Source of the DNA: Marsupella aquatica
Taxonomy: Eukaryota > Plantae > Marchantiophyta
NCBI GenBank assembly: GCA_973895155.1
Contig: OZ316898.1
Coordinates: forward strand, 20,905,292-20,969,291
DNA: 64,000 nucleotides
Direction: 5' to 3'
Position 1 is the first letter of the stretch; every line of letters begins with the position of its first letter. Positions 23,985 through 37,740 of this stretch are shown here, piece by piece. A program made the position numbers and the translations under genes. The notes beneath the pieces were generated by a model that had not been told where the DNA came from, searched no databases, and saw nothing but the letters and a program-made list of their open reading frames with translations.

Positions 23985-24680
23985 TTTACATCCAAATGAC
24001 CAACAAGGACTTTGAAATCCAGTTTCTGTCCGATGGAATTTGAAAGAGTTGGGATGATGTTTGGGTTCTACAGAACGAGGAGATCCAGCAAGAATGTGAT
24101 TTGCACATAGCTTTCAGCATCCTGAATGATAAAATGTTTTGTGTTTTCAATGGGAACCACAGGTTGTACTCGTGGAGTCTGCTTGCCGATGAGCACCTGC
24201 ATGATCTCAAGTACAATCCAAGAGTAGTGTGCAAGATCTTCAAAGGAGACAAGCATACATTTGTTCAAATTGAATCGGCGATGCACGCGTTGAACAAGTT
24301 GCATTGTCTTCATTGTTTCAGGTGTTTTCAAATGTCGTTCATAGCTAGCGATCTCGCTGACTTGAATTATATGTTTCAGGTTGACTCAATGCCAGGTCAA
24401 GAATTCCTGGGTTGTAGAGGCCAACCGGGTTGAAAAGATACTCAGTAGTGATCTTTCTGTTTACAAAGATCTAAGTGACGTTGAGAATTGCAAAATCTTC
24501 CAGCAGAAGATATTGGATATTAGGGAAACTTGCTTGGTATTAACAAAAATGACGCTCGATGCTTGTCTTTGTATCATGTGTGCTGCAAACATTGCATTGC
24601 AGACAGCAAACTTGAATAAGAAATTTGCTTTGAAGGAAACTCAAGGAGAACCTTTCTCCAAAGCTGCCCAAGATTAAGCA
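23985..24680 (+). pseudogene. Degenerate coding remnant with a ParB/Srx-like GNHRL motif, probably TE-borne
   Basis: KMFCVFNGNHRLYSW resembles the hhhDGxHRh ParB/Srx signature; the frame contains stops. Single-motif evidence only. Confidence 0.35.
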
Positions 24681-26659
24681 ATTGGGGAGGTGATAAAGGA
24701 CCAATTGGCAGACTGGAACGTGAAAGTCCCAAAGTATGGTGAGTCTGTTGTTGAATCCAGAATTTAGTGACCTCTTCAACAAGTGTGTAGAAATGAACAA
24801 TTATTGCGAGAAGGAAAGGAAGGAGGCCCACAGGACCGGTGATAACGGAAAGGGTAATATGTCGTGTGGTCTCAATATAGCAAGACTCTTCATTGGAGTT
24901 ACATCCTTGTCCCCTCAACTTCGATGCACACTTCTTGAAGCACAATTTGCCCAAATGTCCAAAGAAGTTCTTCCATCCGAGCCAATTCTGAGATAGTGAA
25001 ACAAGGTTGTGCGGTGAGAAATCCGACCACATCAAGAAAAGCGGTTGACAGAACAGTCCACGCACGTTTGTAAGCACATCTTTTCACACATCTTATTCCA
25101 ACGACCGTGTGAGATCCGGTCCAACTGTGCAAAGCAGGAGGGGCCCATTATCCAAACAGACAACTACTCCGCCACAAGCTTCGAAAAATTTCAACAGCAT
25201 CGAGTTTCGGAGTTCGGACATGCCTTCCTTCCTTCCTGCCTTCCTTCCTGCCAGCCAGTGCCTGCCCCGGCCCTTCCTTGAACACTGGAGATGGTCCTCG
25301 ACCGATTGGATCGAGCGCGGAAGATCCTACCAGCAAAGTTGAAGTCGTCAGACTGTTGCAGACCGTTGCAGACATGCTTCTCTCATGTCTGCAATAGTCT
25401 CAGAAATGATGCGTACCATACCATTCCTGATGCGAGGATCCAAGTGTACTCCGAAAAAAAATAAAATTCTTGGTGATTTAATACTAATGAGTACTTTAAG
25501 GATTTTCTTACCAAGTTAGAGGTGTGCGATTTCATAACTTTCGAGTCGCCCCACCCGAAATCGTTGTGTAGCTGCGATGGAGCCTTGCACCTTTGTGCAT
25601 GTCATCTATAGTGTACAGCTGAGATGGGCATGAGATGGGCATGCGGACCAAACAAACTAAACCAAATTTCTTAAAAAAAAAAAAAACTAGAGCAAAATCC
25701 AGTGTCCATACTATCCACACATAAGCCCATCTCGGCTAAAGACAACCCATAGTCTAAAAACATTGTTTTTTTTTCCCCTCAAATTTTGAACTTGAATTTA
25801 TTTTATTATTATTTTATGTTTTTTTGCTGGATCTGGGTTGCCTCTTTGAGATGACAACTGATATCGGGGCTGCCTCTTTGAGATAATGACTGATATCAAT
25901 TGACTGATGGATTTGACTCATAACAGATGGTTTTGTCATACTCATCAAGTCAAGACATGTTTTTCAAACTGGGTTTGACCTCCTAAGACTAATGAGAAGA
26001 TTAAAATCAGTTTGTCTTAAATAAGGGGAAAAAGATACATGTATCATTTTTTTGTTGATAGAGAGGCGTTGGACAAATGATATTGGTGAGTGATGCCTCG
26101 CTAGGTATCACTGTTTGATAAATTTAGGTAATGCACTTAATGTATTATAGTTAGATTAGGAACAACAGATTATAATAAAGTATAAACAAACCAATTAAGA
26201 GTATAATAATCTCATAAGTTATCAGTCAAGTCTATTGCAAGGATGGACTTCCTGTGTATATTTCATGGCAGACCAGTCTTTTTTGGCTACTACTGGTAAG
26301 AAAATATATAGGGTGAGTTGGGTCGGGTGGCTGTGGGTGGAGTGGTACTAAAACTTTGATGCTCGTGTTCATAGCGGAGAATCCCCAATTAAAGCAGTAT
26401 TGGTGTGTTTGTTTGTCTTAGAGTTTGGTTCTTTTGGCAAGTGCACTACTGGTAAAAAGTGAACGGACCTCACTCATGTTGTGTGGAAATTGAAGGTGTA
26501 GAGAAACCTAGTCACTTCACAATCGAGAGCCTTCTTTGCTACTAGTGCTGTCGTGATAATTCAGTTATTCATGATGGAATCACTATCATTAAGTATATTA
26601 CTAAATAGATAGGTTAGATTCATATTTTATTATGGGATAACTAAATAGTTTGACTATTA

Positions 26660-27135
26660 CTCATTTTATGTGCATGTAAGGTAAACAACTATGCAAGCCA
26701 CAAGATGCATGCATCAATTATTTAGATGCATGAGTAAATTATTTTATTTGCATGCAATAGTTGTTTTATGTGCATACAATGTGAAAAAATATGCAAGCCA
26801 CAAGGTGCATGAACAATTTGTTTTAGGTACATGCAAATAATTTTATTTGCATGTATTAGTTGTTTTATGTGCATGCAAGGTGAGCAAATGTGCAAGTCAC
26901 AAGGTGCATGCACAAATTATTTTATTTGCATGCATTAGTTGTTTTATGTGCATGCAATGTGAGCAAATGTGCAAGTTACAAGGTGCATGCATAAATTATT
27001 TTATTTGCATGCATTAGTTAATCTATGCGCATGCAATATGAGCAAATATGCAAGGTGAACAAATATGCAAACCACAAGGTGTATGCATGCATAAATTGTT
27101 TTAAGTGCATGCATTAGTCGTTCTACTTGCATGCA
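26660..27135. repeat. Minisatellite A: ~63-bp units rich in the TGCATGCA palindrome
   Basis: Repeated ATGCAAGYCACAAGGTGCATGCA.AAATTATTTTATTTGCATGCATTAGTTGTTTTATGTGCATGCAA. Confidence 0.85.
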
Positions 27136-27154
27136 TCATTTGTTTTGATTGCAA

Positions 27155-29222
27155 TAGTACTAGCACACATTCCTACGTTGGATGTGTGTCACTTGACTTT
27201 CATCCAAGCGTGTGGGCGTAATCCATGCCCTCTTGGATTCAATATAAATAAAGTGGTCAAGTACAGTCTCTCCTCATTCCCACGTTTTGATAATTCTCGC
27301 GTCGAAGCGATCTTTTTTTTATCTCTCATCTTTTTCTTCTATTCTTTGCCTTATGTACATAGTAGTGGAGCGTCCTTTGGCCCGTATAGTAAAGAAATGA
27401 GTGCTAGACTTGTAGATGGGACCTTAGGAAATAAGGTCTCTTTGGGAACTTAGAGGTGGAGCATCTTTTGACCCGAATAGCAAAGGAACAAAAGATCCAT
27501 TATGAATCCAGGAGAGATATATTCCTAATCTTTCCCTTTGTAACCCATTTTTTATTAGAGTCCATCTTTTAGACAAGCCCTTCATAATACAACATTTAAC
27601 CTACATTTTATAGCTCAACTTGCAGCTACTGTTATGGGTTCTAACGAGCCAATAATGTACCCAGTAGTGTCTTATCGATAGGAATGAGAGTGCATTATCT
27701 TTGTCCTCTATTAAAGTCATGGATCTGAATAGAAGTCCACATCATATTCATGTTTTATTTTCTCTTGGAGATATTATGATCATATGTTATTAAAAACTAA
27801 TTTTTGTGATTTGTTGATTCACAAGTATGATGAAGTAAGGTTTAATAGTATATTAGTTTTACCTGAACCTTTCTTAATACTCACTACCCTTCTTACTAGA
27901 GTTATTATTTTGGTTTTAGTGTAAAACTTATGGGCATGCAAGGTTGACTTCATAAGAGCCAACATGCTCTTACCAGAAAACATGGTCATCCGAATAGCGT
28001 TATCATGATTTTCTCTTAATATATAGAAAATTGTTTGTTTTAATATGTTATAGATTATATAAGTAGTTTAGTAGTTGGATTATAAGATTTAGACTTTAAT
28101 AACTCCACTAGCTATAGTGTACGGACCACAGTTGCTCTACTAGCTATAATATATGGACTACAATTGCTCCATTAGCTAGAGTGTACGGACTACAGTAGTT
28201 TCACTACCTACAATGTACGGACTACAGTAGTTTCACTACCTACAGTGTACGGACTATAGTTGCTCTACTAGCTATAGTGTACAGACTACAATTGCTCCAC
28301 TAGCTACAATGTACGGACTACATTAGTTCCACTACCTACGGTGTATAGATTACAGTAACTCCACTAGCTACATTATAATGTACAATTTTTCCACTATCTT
28401 TTAGCTACAGTACTAGCACACTCTTGTACCTTAGATGCTTGTCATTTGGCTTTCATCCAAGTGCTTGAGCTTGATCCATGTTCTCTTGGTGAGCACTATA
28501 AATAAAGTGGAGAGAGACACATTCTCCCCTCATTCCTCAATTTTCATCATTCAAAGTTGTGAAGCTCTTGGTGCCTTGAACATAGTAGTGGGGCATTCTT
28601 TGGCTCGGATAACAAATGAATGAGTGGTAGACTTATAGATGAGACCTTAGGGAATAAGGTCTTTTTGGGAACTTAGGGGTGGGGCGTCCTTTGGCCCGAA
28701 TAGCAAAGGAATAAAAAAACCATCATGAATCCAGGAGAGAGAGATATCCCTAATTTTCCCATTCATAACCCATTTTTTATTAGAGTCCATCTTTTAGACA
28801 AGTCATCTATGAGACAACATTTAACTTATCATTTTGGAGCTCAGTTTGCAGCTGTTGTTATGGGTTCTAACGAGCCAATAGTATATCCAGTAGTGTTTTA
28901 CTGAGGTGAGAATGTATTATCTTTGTCCTTTATTAAAGTCATGGATCTGATTAGGAGTCCAAATCACAATCTTGTTTTGTTTTTTCTTGGAGATATTGAG
29001 ATCATATGTCATAAAAAACTAATTTTTGTGATGTGTTGATTCGCAAGTATGGCAAAGTAGGGTTTAATAGTAAAATAGTTTTACCTGAACCTTTCTTAAT
29101 ATCCACTACCCTTGTTACTAGAATTATCATTTTGGTTTTAGTGTAGAACTTATGAGCATGCAAGGTTAACTTCATAAGAGCCAACATGCTCTTACCAGAA
29201 AATACGGTCATCTGGACAGCGC
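27155..29222. repeat. Diverged direct duplication of an ~830-bp unit (27155-28000 and 28409-29222)
   Basis: Both copies begin AGTACTAGCACAC and share TATAAATAAAGTGG, ACCTTAGG.AATAAGGTCT, TAACCCATTTTTTATTAGAGTCCATCTTTTAGACAAG and ACTTCATAAGAGCCAACATGCTCTTACCAGAAAA. Confidence 0.9.
28100..28408. repeat. Minisatellite B: ~9 units of ~31-33 bp
   Basis: Repeated CTCCACTAGCTAYAGTGTACGGACTACAGTTG variants. Confidence 0.9.
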
Positions 29223-29479
29223 TGCTATCCGTACCTTATGGTGTGTAAATGGTTTCCTTGCTCGGTGAAAATTGGGTAGCCATGTGGGGACTTGGAGCTA
29301 TTGAGTATAATTGGAAGGATGGCAAGCTCTTTTTCAATACTAACCTTGGTGTTGATACCAACACCGGGCAGGTCCAGGAGAGAAACGTTACGCATAGACT
29401 GCACTAGTGATCTGTGCATCTCAGTTAGCTACCCATTCCCTAGGCACTCTAGCGCAAGACTTGACTCCCATTCTGGTGT

Positions 29480-30050
29480 GCTTCTGAGAATTGCATCCTC
29501 TGACAGATGATGTACGGTATTCCTACTACACAACACTGACACTTTCCTACCCTCATAGCATTGGATCCTACCACCTGGTGCACACGTTGCACCCTTACAA
29601 TTCAAGAGGACATGTCCATTGCATTTGGACTTGTCCCACCTCTTAACTTGTTTGTAATTGGGTTCGAATCACTACATTTGCAACTGGCTTCAGCCACTGG
29701 CCAATTCCAATATGTCTTGTAGCCAGCCCACATCTTCCTGGCTTTTGAGCCACATCCTTAGGGCCATCACTAACTGGAATATATGGAAGGACAGGAGTTC
29801 TCATTTCATTGAACACACCCGCTCGGATTCCCATGCATGTAGTCATCCACAAATTTTGGCACAGGCTCATCCTCAACATCAATGGTATGGGAACTTGAAG
29901 GTTTAAAGAAAAATGTTATTGAAGTCTAAACAGAGGCTTGGCATGACACTGAGGCTCTACATGTGAAGTGTGTAGAGTGGGTCAGAAGGGTCGAGATGGG
30001 ATGGGGTGCCGCAGCGAAGAGGCAACGGGTCGAGGTGGGAGCCAACGAGT
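29480..30050 (+). pseudogene. Old L1-type LINE 3' fragment (zf-RVT region)
   Basis: ILRAITNWNIWKDRSS parallels LLRGITNWNLWKARCS of the LINE at 35210-35635. Confidence 0.6.
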
Positions 30051-31775
30051 TGATACTAGGAGGGTGAATGATGCCCATATTGCGAGGGGAGTTTGGGATC
30101 AAGGCCACTGCACTATCCGGGCTCCGGATGATTTCAGGTTTACAGATTTGCGGAGATTGATTTCCTTCGTATTCTCATTCCTTTGTATTTTCATGGCAGG
30201 CCGATCTGTATCAGACACTACTGGTAAAGAGCCCACAGAAAAAACCAGAAAGACCGGACATTCCATGTGGTGGGCTACACAAAACACTTTAGGGTTTACA
30301 AGGAACTATATAGATTTCCTTTGTATTATGGTTCCATTTTGAAGACCTGGAGTCAAATTCATCCCTGTAGTTTGAAGGTCCAGCCTGTTCATCTATTGAC
30401 AGGGCCGCACTTCCACCAACAAACGAAACTCATAATCTGACCCGACCTCTTGGTTATATTCCTTCTTCTGGTCGGCGATCATTTTCTAATTTCTCGAGTG
30501 TCTCTCCAGAACACTAATCAAACGTTTTTCGGCACAACTATGATGTCCCTATCCTCTAGACTGATATAGGCGGGACTATATGTTAGCAAGGCACTTGTGG
30601 GTGGAAGAATTGGGGTGATGCAATTAAAAAGTTTGCTCGCGCGAGTAATTTTTTTCTTGTTTCCTCTCACGCTACAATGACCATAGTGAAGGCAGAATGA
30701 TGTTGGCGAGCCTGAAGGTTGCTAGGCAGTTCAGTGGTGCCCTTCCACCAGACTTCTTCAACATCATTCTCACCCAAGCAAATTCAAACCAAAAGGAAGA
30801 GAGAACAGATTAATCTCTCTCAAGACCTTCTAGAGATGAATCTATTTTCTTGAAGTCGGTATCGGCCCAGCAGAAGCAACAGAACATGCTAATCCACTAC
30901 TCCTTTGCAGAACTATGCTCCCTTCTGCGTTCACGTCCGCTGTCTATCAGATTTCGGAATTCGATCATACCACCAACGTAGCTAAGTTTCGACTGCAAAT
31001 ACGGTCCACTTTCCTGCCTTGTCCGATAGTCCTCGAGGATAGCAGTGTACAGAGCATCATTCCCATTCTCGCGTAAGTTGAGAACTAAAACCCGGAGTAG
31101 TTAAAAAGCATTTGAGCACGTTTCACGACCTTATCTACGAATCTGCGAAGCTCAGACAGTTGAGTTGCCAATGGATATGTTTTTGGGTTGAATTCGGACT
31201 GTCAACTCGCTTTGAAGCAGAAGAACAGGGCCCCCTTACGAGAATAGAAATGTCTAACCTTCAACCTACATCATTAAGCTGTATAGAATCTGGAATCTGG
31301 GAGCGAAAGTCCCTCTGCAAGTCAATGAACTCTGGAACTGATTGCTTAAAGTTCTATCCTGGTGGAGGTTGTCATCGGCGAATTTTATCTTTATGCCCTT
31401 GATTTTACCGTCTCCTGGCAGCAAAGCGAGCTCCCTTCCTGTACCATGTTCACAGCAAGGCAGCAACTGTATGCAAACCCTTCTTCTAATCTAAAGACAA
31501 AATTTGCCGAAGATATCAAAAGAACTTTCTCCAGATCAAGCCAAGAGCTTTATTTCACGCATCTATGATTTCAACTTCCAAACTGAACTCGCGAAACATT
31601 TCTCTTACAAATTTTCTTTCAGCCAGAAGAGGGCTAGTTACAACCCCAAAGTTGCAGAATCTCAAAATCAATGTTACAGGATTGCAGCAACGAAAACCTG
31701 ATTGTATCTGCGCTGCCAGTGAGTACTGCTTTAGAGTCACTTTCCAGCCAGCCCAAAACAGCTTTCAATCTGGGT

Positions 31776-32431
31776 TCACCAGTAATCACCACAAGAACAC
31801 ATCCCATCTTTAAAATGGTGGAACCGATTTGCATCCCTCGCAATAATCTCGCGTCCGGTCACCTTAGAAATATACTTGGTTGCTGAGTGGCAATCCGAAC
31901 ACCCCGAAGGTTCTTACTTACACGAATTGGTTCTCCCCAAGGTAGGTGCATAAGTCCGTAAACAATAGCCAACTTCTCACTATGAGAGCAAAGAGCTAGC
32001 TCTTTATCCTCCTCAGTCATATCATGCAACACAAGCCGGGTATCCGGAATGTAGCCTTCAGCCTTCAGTTTTTCACTCAATTTTTTCAGCTCAGTATAGA
32101 TCGCCTCCGCTTCTGGGTGAGATGTATCCCCCACAACAAATTCATGGATCTTGTTATCAACTTCAATCCAGCTACGCCCTGGCTCCTTCCAAACACCTCT
32201 CTCTTGCATCATAGTCCGCACAGATGACACCTTCTTCCACTTCCCGGCTGCGGCGTAGATATTGGACAGAAGCACATATGTAGAGGCCTTACCGGGCTCC
32301 AACTTGAAAAGCTCGTTAGCGGCCAGTTCGCCCAGCTCCACGTTACCGTAAGTTCGACAAGCCCCAAGCAAAGCTGTCCAAGTTACATCATTTGGTTCGA
32401 TCGGCATCTCACTGATGAACTGCTTTGCTTC
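31776..32431 (-). pseudogene. Truncated PPR-DYW paralogue: end of S2 plus E1-E2-DYW only, frameshifted
   Basis: Near-identical to the 3' ends of both intact genes from EAKQFISE onward. A 1-nt deletion near 31901 turns LRVCSDCH into LRGVRIAT. The PPR array is absent. Confidence 0.92.
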
Positions 32432-34828
32432 ATATGACATATGATACGAATGTGACAGGACAAGAATCAAACCAGAAGTTCCATTCAAGTCTTCATCACA
32501 AAAGCCTCGTAGCAGGAAATTCACGCAACTATAAATGTCACCGTGGTGCTGGAACAAGAGTTTCTGTTTAAAAGTAGGTACGCATAACGTTGAAATCGCT
32601 CTTCAGTCTCATTACCTGAAGGCCTTGTACAAGAACAATGGCTGATACCCATACCAATCAAACCGGAGGATGAAGGACGAACTCTGCAAATCAAACGTCT
32701 TTGTTGAGAATGCATTCAAAGCCGTTTGATCACATCATAATCCAACAATGACATCCATACAAAATTAATCATACCTGGCTGTGGAGTGTAGCCTAAAGTG
32801 GTCCATATCCAAAATTTCCATCTAGTCAGATCAGTTCCCGTGCCGGGAATAGAGAGCTTAATGGCACAGTTGTGAGAAATATGATCTTACCCTGTTTGAG
32901 AAACGTTCAAATCAGTCTGAGTAGTACAATCTTGCAGAGCGCTCAAATTTCAAATCTCATCTTTCTTCCCCTTAGACTAAGGAAAGAAAATTCACTACGC
33001 GAAGGCTCTGTTGGGGAAACCTTGCCCGGACAGAGGAATCTCAGCTCAACTTAGCAGTAGCAGTCTCTTCTCCAGGATCACGTCCTCCTTCATTAAGAAT
33101 TTAGAACTAAGAAGTGCTGTACTCTTCTAAGAATTATCCCAGCTTTGCAATCAAAACTTGAGAATCAAAAAGTATGAGAATTCAAATCCCAAAGCACTCA
33201 CCACCATACCTGCACATTGCCCTCTGAAAAAGTTTGCCGCGAGTGCTTTTGTTTATTATCGCCCTCCAAGAAAGTTTGCCGCAAGTGCTCTTGTTTATTA
33301 TCCCCTCCAAGAAAGAACCCTTTCCAACGGAATTGTCCTGCATACCAAACGAAAAATTGACGACATTTCTCCAAAGAAGAAGTTGTGAACAAGTGATATT
33401 CATATGCAGAGCGTGTAAGTTGCAAATTGTTCAGGCTCGACAATTCTTTCAGAACAAGAAATTGAAGCAAGTGGGAACAAAATTGATCGACGTTGTGATG
33501 GGCAATAAAAGAAGCTCGTAACCGGAGACATCTTTTAAAGTTTGACATGTCTGAAAATAGAGGCAAATGCACATAATTGCAGGCAGCAGGAGACGTCATC
33601 CAAGAATTGAGCAGAAATAGAACCAGGATGGGGAGACGAAAAAGGTTCAAGGGGTGAAACAGAGATTCTGTCCCGCTTCCTTGGGCACTAAGAGTTGAGT
33701 AGTATTGTTGCCCAGCACTTTAGGGTTGAAACGCAGAAGAACATCGAGTATAGCTAGGGCCTCCCTAGGAATTCTCTGCCCAAAGGACATCGCGAGAGGC
33801 CGTGTAAAATTGGTACCGCGAACCTAACATGGATCATTGGATTCGTCAGCATGCAGCTACACACAGCTCCCCGACCAGCAACTAAAGCGACATTAAATAA
33901 TGAGTTACGACGAGTAATTCGTAGCAGATTGTGAATTCTGCAAGCATTGTTAGCTTGCGACATCCCGGGATTTGGGATAGCCACCGGGGATCTCCTTGGA
34001 TTCATGTAGGAACCTTGGTGGCGAGGAGGAGGAACCCTGAGAGGTGGCATTATTAAACCTGATCTGTCACTCGAAATTTCTCGCACAAACCTCGATCTGT
34101 CACTTGGAATTCAGCTGAACTGAGCCCAGCTAACTGAGCCGAACTGCGCTATTGCAAATCCGAACTGCGATTCGACTGGGGATTGAATGCCAACAGTTTC
34201 CTCAAAGCAGTAGTGCCGCTGATCCAATAGAGTTGAGGTAAACGAAGAGATCTGACCGCACATGATAACCTGAGGATTCTCAAAAGCCACAACTATGTGC
34301 ATCACTCCGAGAATACATCCACACTTCACGACTCTTCAATTGTCTCAAGACCCGATCGCCACGGCAACCCATTCAAAATGTTTTATGAGGAAAGCCTGAT
34401 GGTTTTGGGTTGTGAGGGTGGTGCGTGGACAGTTCGGGTTCAGGCGACCAAGGGTGAAGGGTTTGAGGGTTCAAGGTTGTCAGGGTTGTGCGTGGACAGT
34501 TCGGGTTCAAGGTCACCTAATGCAGTGTTCAAGGTGGAGGGTTGTGGGTGGACAGTTTGGATTGAGGTGACGAAGGGTGGAGGTTGGGGTCACTCTGATG
34601 CGAGCGGAGCGTCGCTTATACTGCGATTTGGGTGAAATACGCAGAAACTAGTCATCAAACTGCATAGATTAGCAACACGATGGGAATTAGGGCAATCATG
34701 GCAGTTAGAATAGGAGTAGGTTAGTTAAGTAATAAATTAATTAAGGACGCAAAGCCCAGGGCAGGACACCTGAAGGACGTCATGACTACGCCCGTACTTA
34801 GTGGCCGTCACTATCAAACCCGACTGAG

Positions 34829-37740
34829 GTTTGTTTGTTTTTTTATCTTGAATGGAGTACTTTATTTAAAAGGAGAAGTAAAACCCAATAAAAAATGGGA
34901 GTAACACAGGCCAGACCCAAGACGAGTCACAGACCAACCGCAACACCAAGACCGAACACATTCAGCCAAGTGAGCAAAGGCCAAACAGGAGAAAAAGTGG
35001 AAAGCCACTAAACCGGCACCACTAACTACCAGCTAAGAAAAAACAGAGCACAAGCAAAACCGAGGGCAAAACTCAGACCAAAGCAACAAGGAGAGGCCCA
35101 GTAATAACTGACACCTGGCCTACTGCACTTCAGCGAAAAACCACAATGAGAGGGCTCTTCCAACTGTCAACCACTAACTACCAGCCCCACCCAAAAAGCC
35201 AAACATGCTTCAAGGTGGGTCAAATAACCACAGCGGAGTATACTCCACAATGAACAATCCATCAATGATCCGGAATAAGCCACCATCTCTCCCAAAGTCA
35301 CAAATCATACGCCCTCTAAGCTCCTGTCCCCCAAGAATAGGAGAATCACAAAGTTTTAAGCGACTAGAACTCTGAAGCCAAGCTAGTTTCATGTTTAATC
35401 TGAGTTCCCTCCAGATTTTGATCTGAATTCCTACTTCTGTGATTCTAGTCTGTTCCTTTTCTAGAGAACATCTAGCCTTCCACAAATTCCAGTTCGTAAT
35501 CCCTCTGAGCAGCTGCCAGAGCTTAAGTGGAATACAAGTACCCGTATGGGATAATGGTGCACGGATAATCGCCTGTGCAGCCGTCAGAGAGAACCGTGAA
35601 TTCTCAATCACCACTGCAGCAACTTTATAACCCAATTCCAGATCTTCTGAGAGTCCACACTACTCCATTGGCAGTGGATTGAGTCCTCATGCCAATCACC
35701 TTCAATCGTCCACACCACCATACAGCATCATTTCTAGAAAAAGGAATAACTACACCATTATCATCCTTACGAGTAGATCGCCTCCCAATGAAGTGTTTGG
35801 TTGCGAAAACCCTGTGTGCAATCTGCCATACGAAGAAGTTCACCTTCATCTCCCGATATGGGTTCCAGATATTTCTCCAAATAGTCATGTCATTAGGCAC
35901 CATGCTTAACTCATTCCTCCACTTCTGCAACCCAATTATCTCTGACTTCTCCCGGAGCTGAACCAATTGCCTTATACTAGCCGTCAACGCATGAAAGAAA
36001 TCTTTTCCATCCTGCCATAGGAATTGATGAGTAACCCCTACAATTTCATGAAAAGAACCTTTCAAGCCTAATCCCATCTTATGTGTACTCCAATCCTTTA
36101 CTTATTAAAAACCCACGAGTAGTCCTCACAACCCCATGTATGAATGGACATTTCCTTAATCCGTGATTGTAGCAGAATCTGTAGCGGATGATGCCCCTTA
36201 GAAATTGCAAACATAATAAACCTAGCCAATGCCGCCACCTGGTGTTCCATTGCAATCAACCCCACACCTCCTTCTGATTTCTTCTTGGAGAGAGTTCAAA
36301 AATCCATCCGATGCTGAGCTGAAGTATCTTGACCTGCCCAAAGAAAATTAATCAGCTCCATTTTAATGTTGTGCAACTTCCGGTCCGATCCACACAGAGA
36401 ATCAATAAGAACCATAATGATCCCATCAAGATATGGTTAACCACCAGCACCCTGGCCATGAAAGAAAGCTGCTTCAACCCAGCTTGAATCATTTTCTTCT
36501 CCAGTAATAATCTGAGTGATTGTACTGTATTAGCGCTATCAATCCCTTCCACCCCAAACAGGAAACCAAGAAGAGTGCAGTAATTTTCTAGGCCTTCCCA
36601 TTTCCATTTCAAATCAAGCAATTCAATAGGGATCGGATCGTTGCTCAATAGAATTGCCATGGCTTCATCCCAGTTGCACTCTAAACCAGATGCCTTAGCA
36701 AACGTTTGAAACACTTCTTGACAGATATCGATATTCTTTCTCTCTCCGTTAATGATGATAGTCGTGTTATCTGCATAGAATTGTTGGGCAAGATGCAGTC
36801 CAACCTTCTTGAATTTGATCCATTCCAACATACCCGAAGATGTCTTCTTAGTCATCAGACAGTCCAGCCCCTGAATAGCAATAATGAAAAAAAGCGTCGA
36901 TATTGGACATCCTTGCCTCACCGATCTAGTGATCTGAAAAGACTTCAATGCCTTCCCATTGATCACAATTGCCAATGATGCATTCTCCGTAATTGCCCTA
37001 AAAAATCTCAGGAAATTCTCACCAAAGTCCAATCTGATCAGCATCTTTTCGATAAACACCCATTCAACACTATCAAATGCCTTCACCACATCCAGTTTGA
37101 GACACGCATACAGGTCTGGTTCACACATAGCTTGTGCTACCATCTCATTGGTTAATAGAAGAGTGTGGTGCATCGATCTGCCCGACAGATAAGCATATTG
37201 TTGTGACGATATGATTTTAACCAGCACTCTTATTAACCGCATTTGAAATGCCTTTGTACCCACCTTATAGCTCACTGTTAACAGAGAAATGGGCCTCTTA
37301 TTTTCGATACAACACTCATCTCCTTTTTTCTTCATAAGAATGATTAACCCTTTGAGAAAGTTATTGCTGAACCGGCCCTGAGCAATACCAAGTTGAAGGA
37401 CTTTTAACAATAAGGGACCCAACTCTTCCCATAACGCTATGAAAAACTCCATTGACACTCCATCATGCCCTGGAGCTTTGAGTTTTCAAGAGCTTTAGTC
37501 GCCAGAAAGATTTTTGCCAGTGAGAGATCTGCTTCCAATAGCCATTTCTCTTCCTGCAAAATTCGCTCATGCACATTTCCCAAAATACAGTTCAGCTCTG
37601 CTTCAGAAGGACGGTGTTTAGAAGCCATAAGATTATAAAATTCCGTGGCTATTTTTGCCATATCCACCCAGTCACTCTGCATCTGCAGATCTGCATCATA
37701 TAGCCCTTTCAATTCCATAGACGCCACCCTTGACTTAAAA
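34829..37740 (-). mobile_element. 5'-truncated degenerate L1-clade LINE (RT, zf-RVT, 3' UTR, A-rich tail)
   Basis: KRPISLL, LKLDVVKAFDSVEW, SVRQGCPIS, FYADNT. On the - strand AATAAA is followed by AAAAAAACAAACAAAC at ~34829-34867. Confidence 0.9.

Noticed and set aside
34400-34600. Three degenerate G-rich repeats (GTGGACAGTTCGGGTTCA...) with a 112-aa ORF
   Set aside because: Low-complexity repeat with no recognisable protein or element boundaries.
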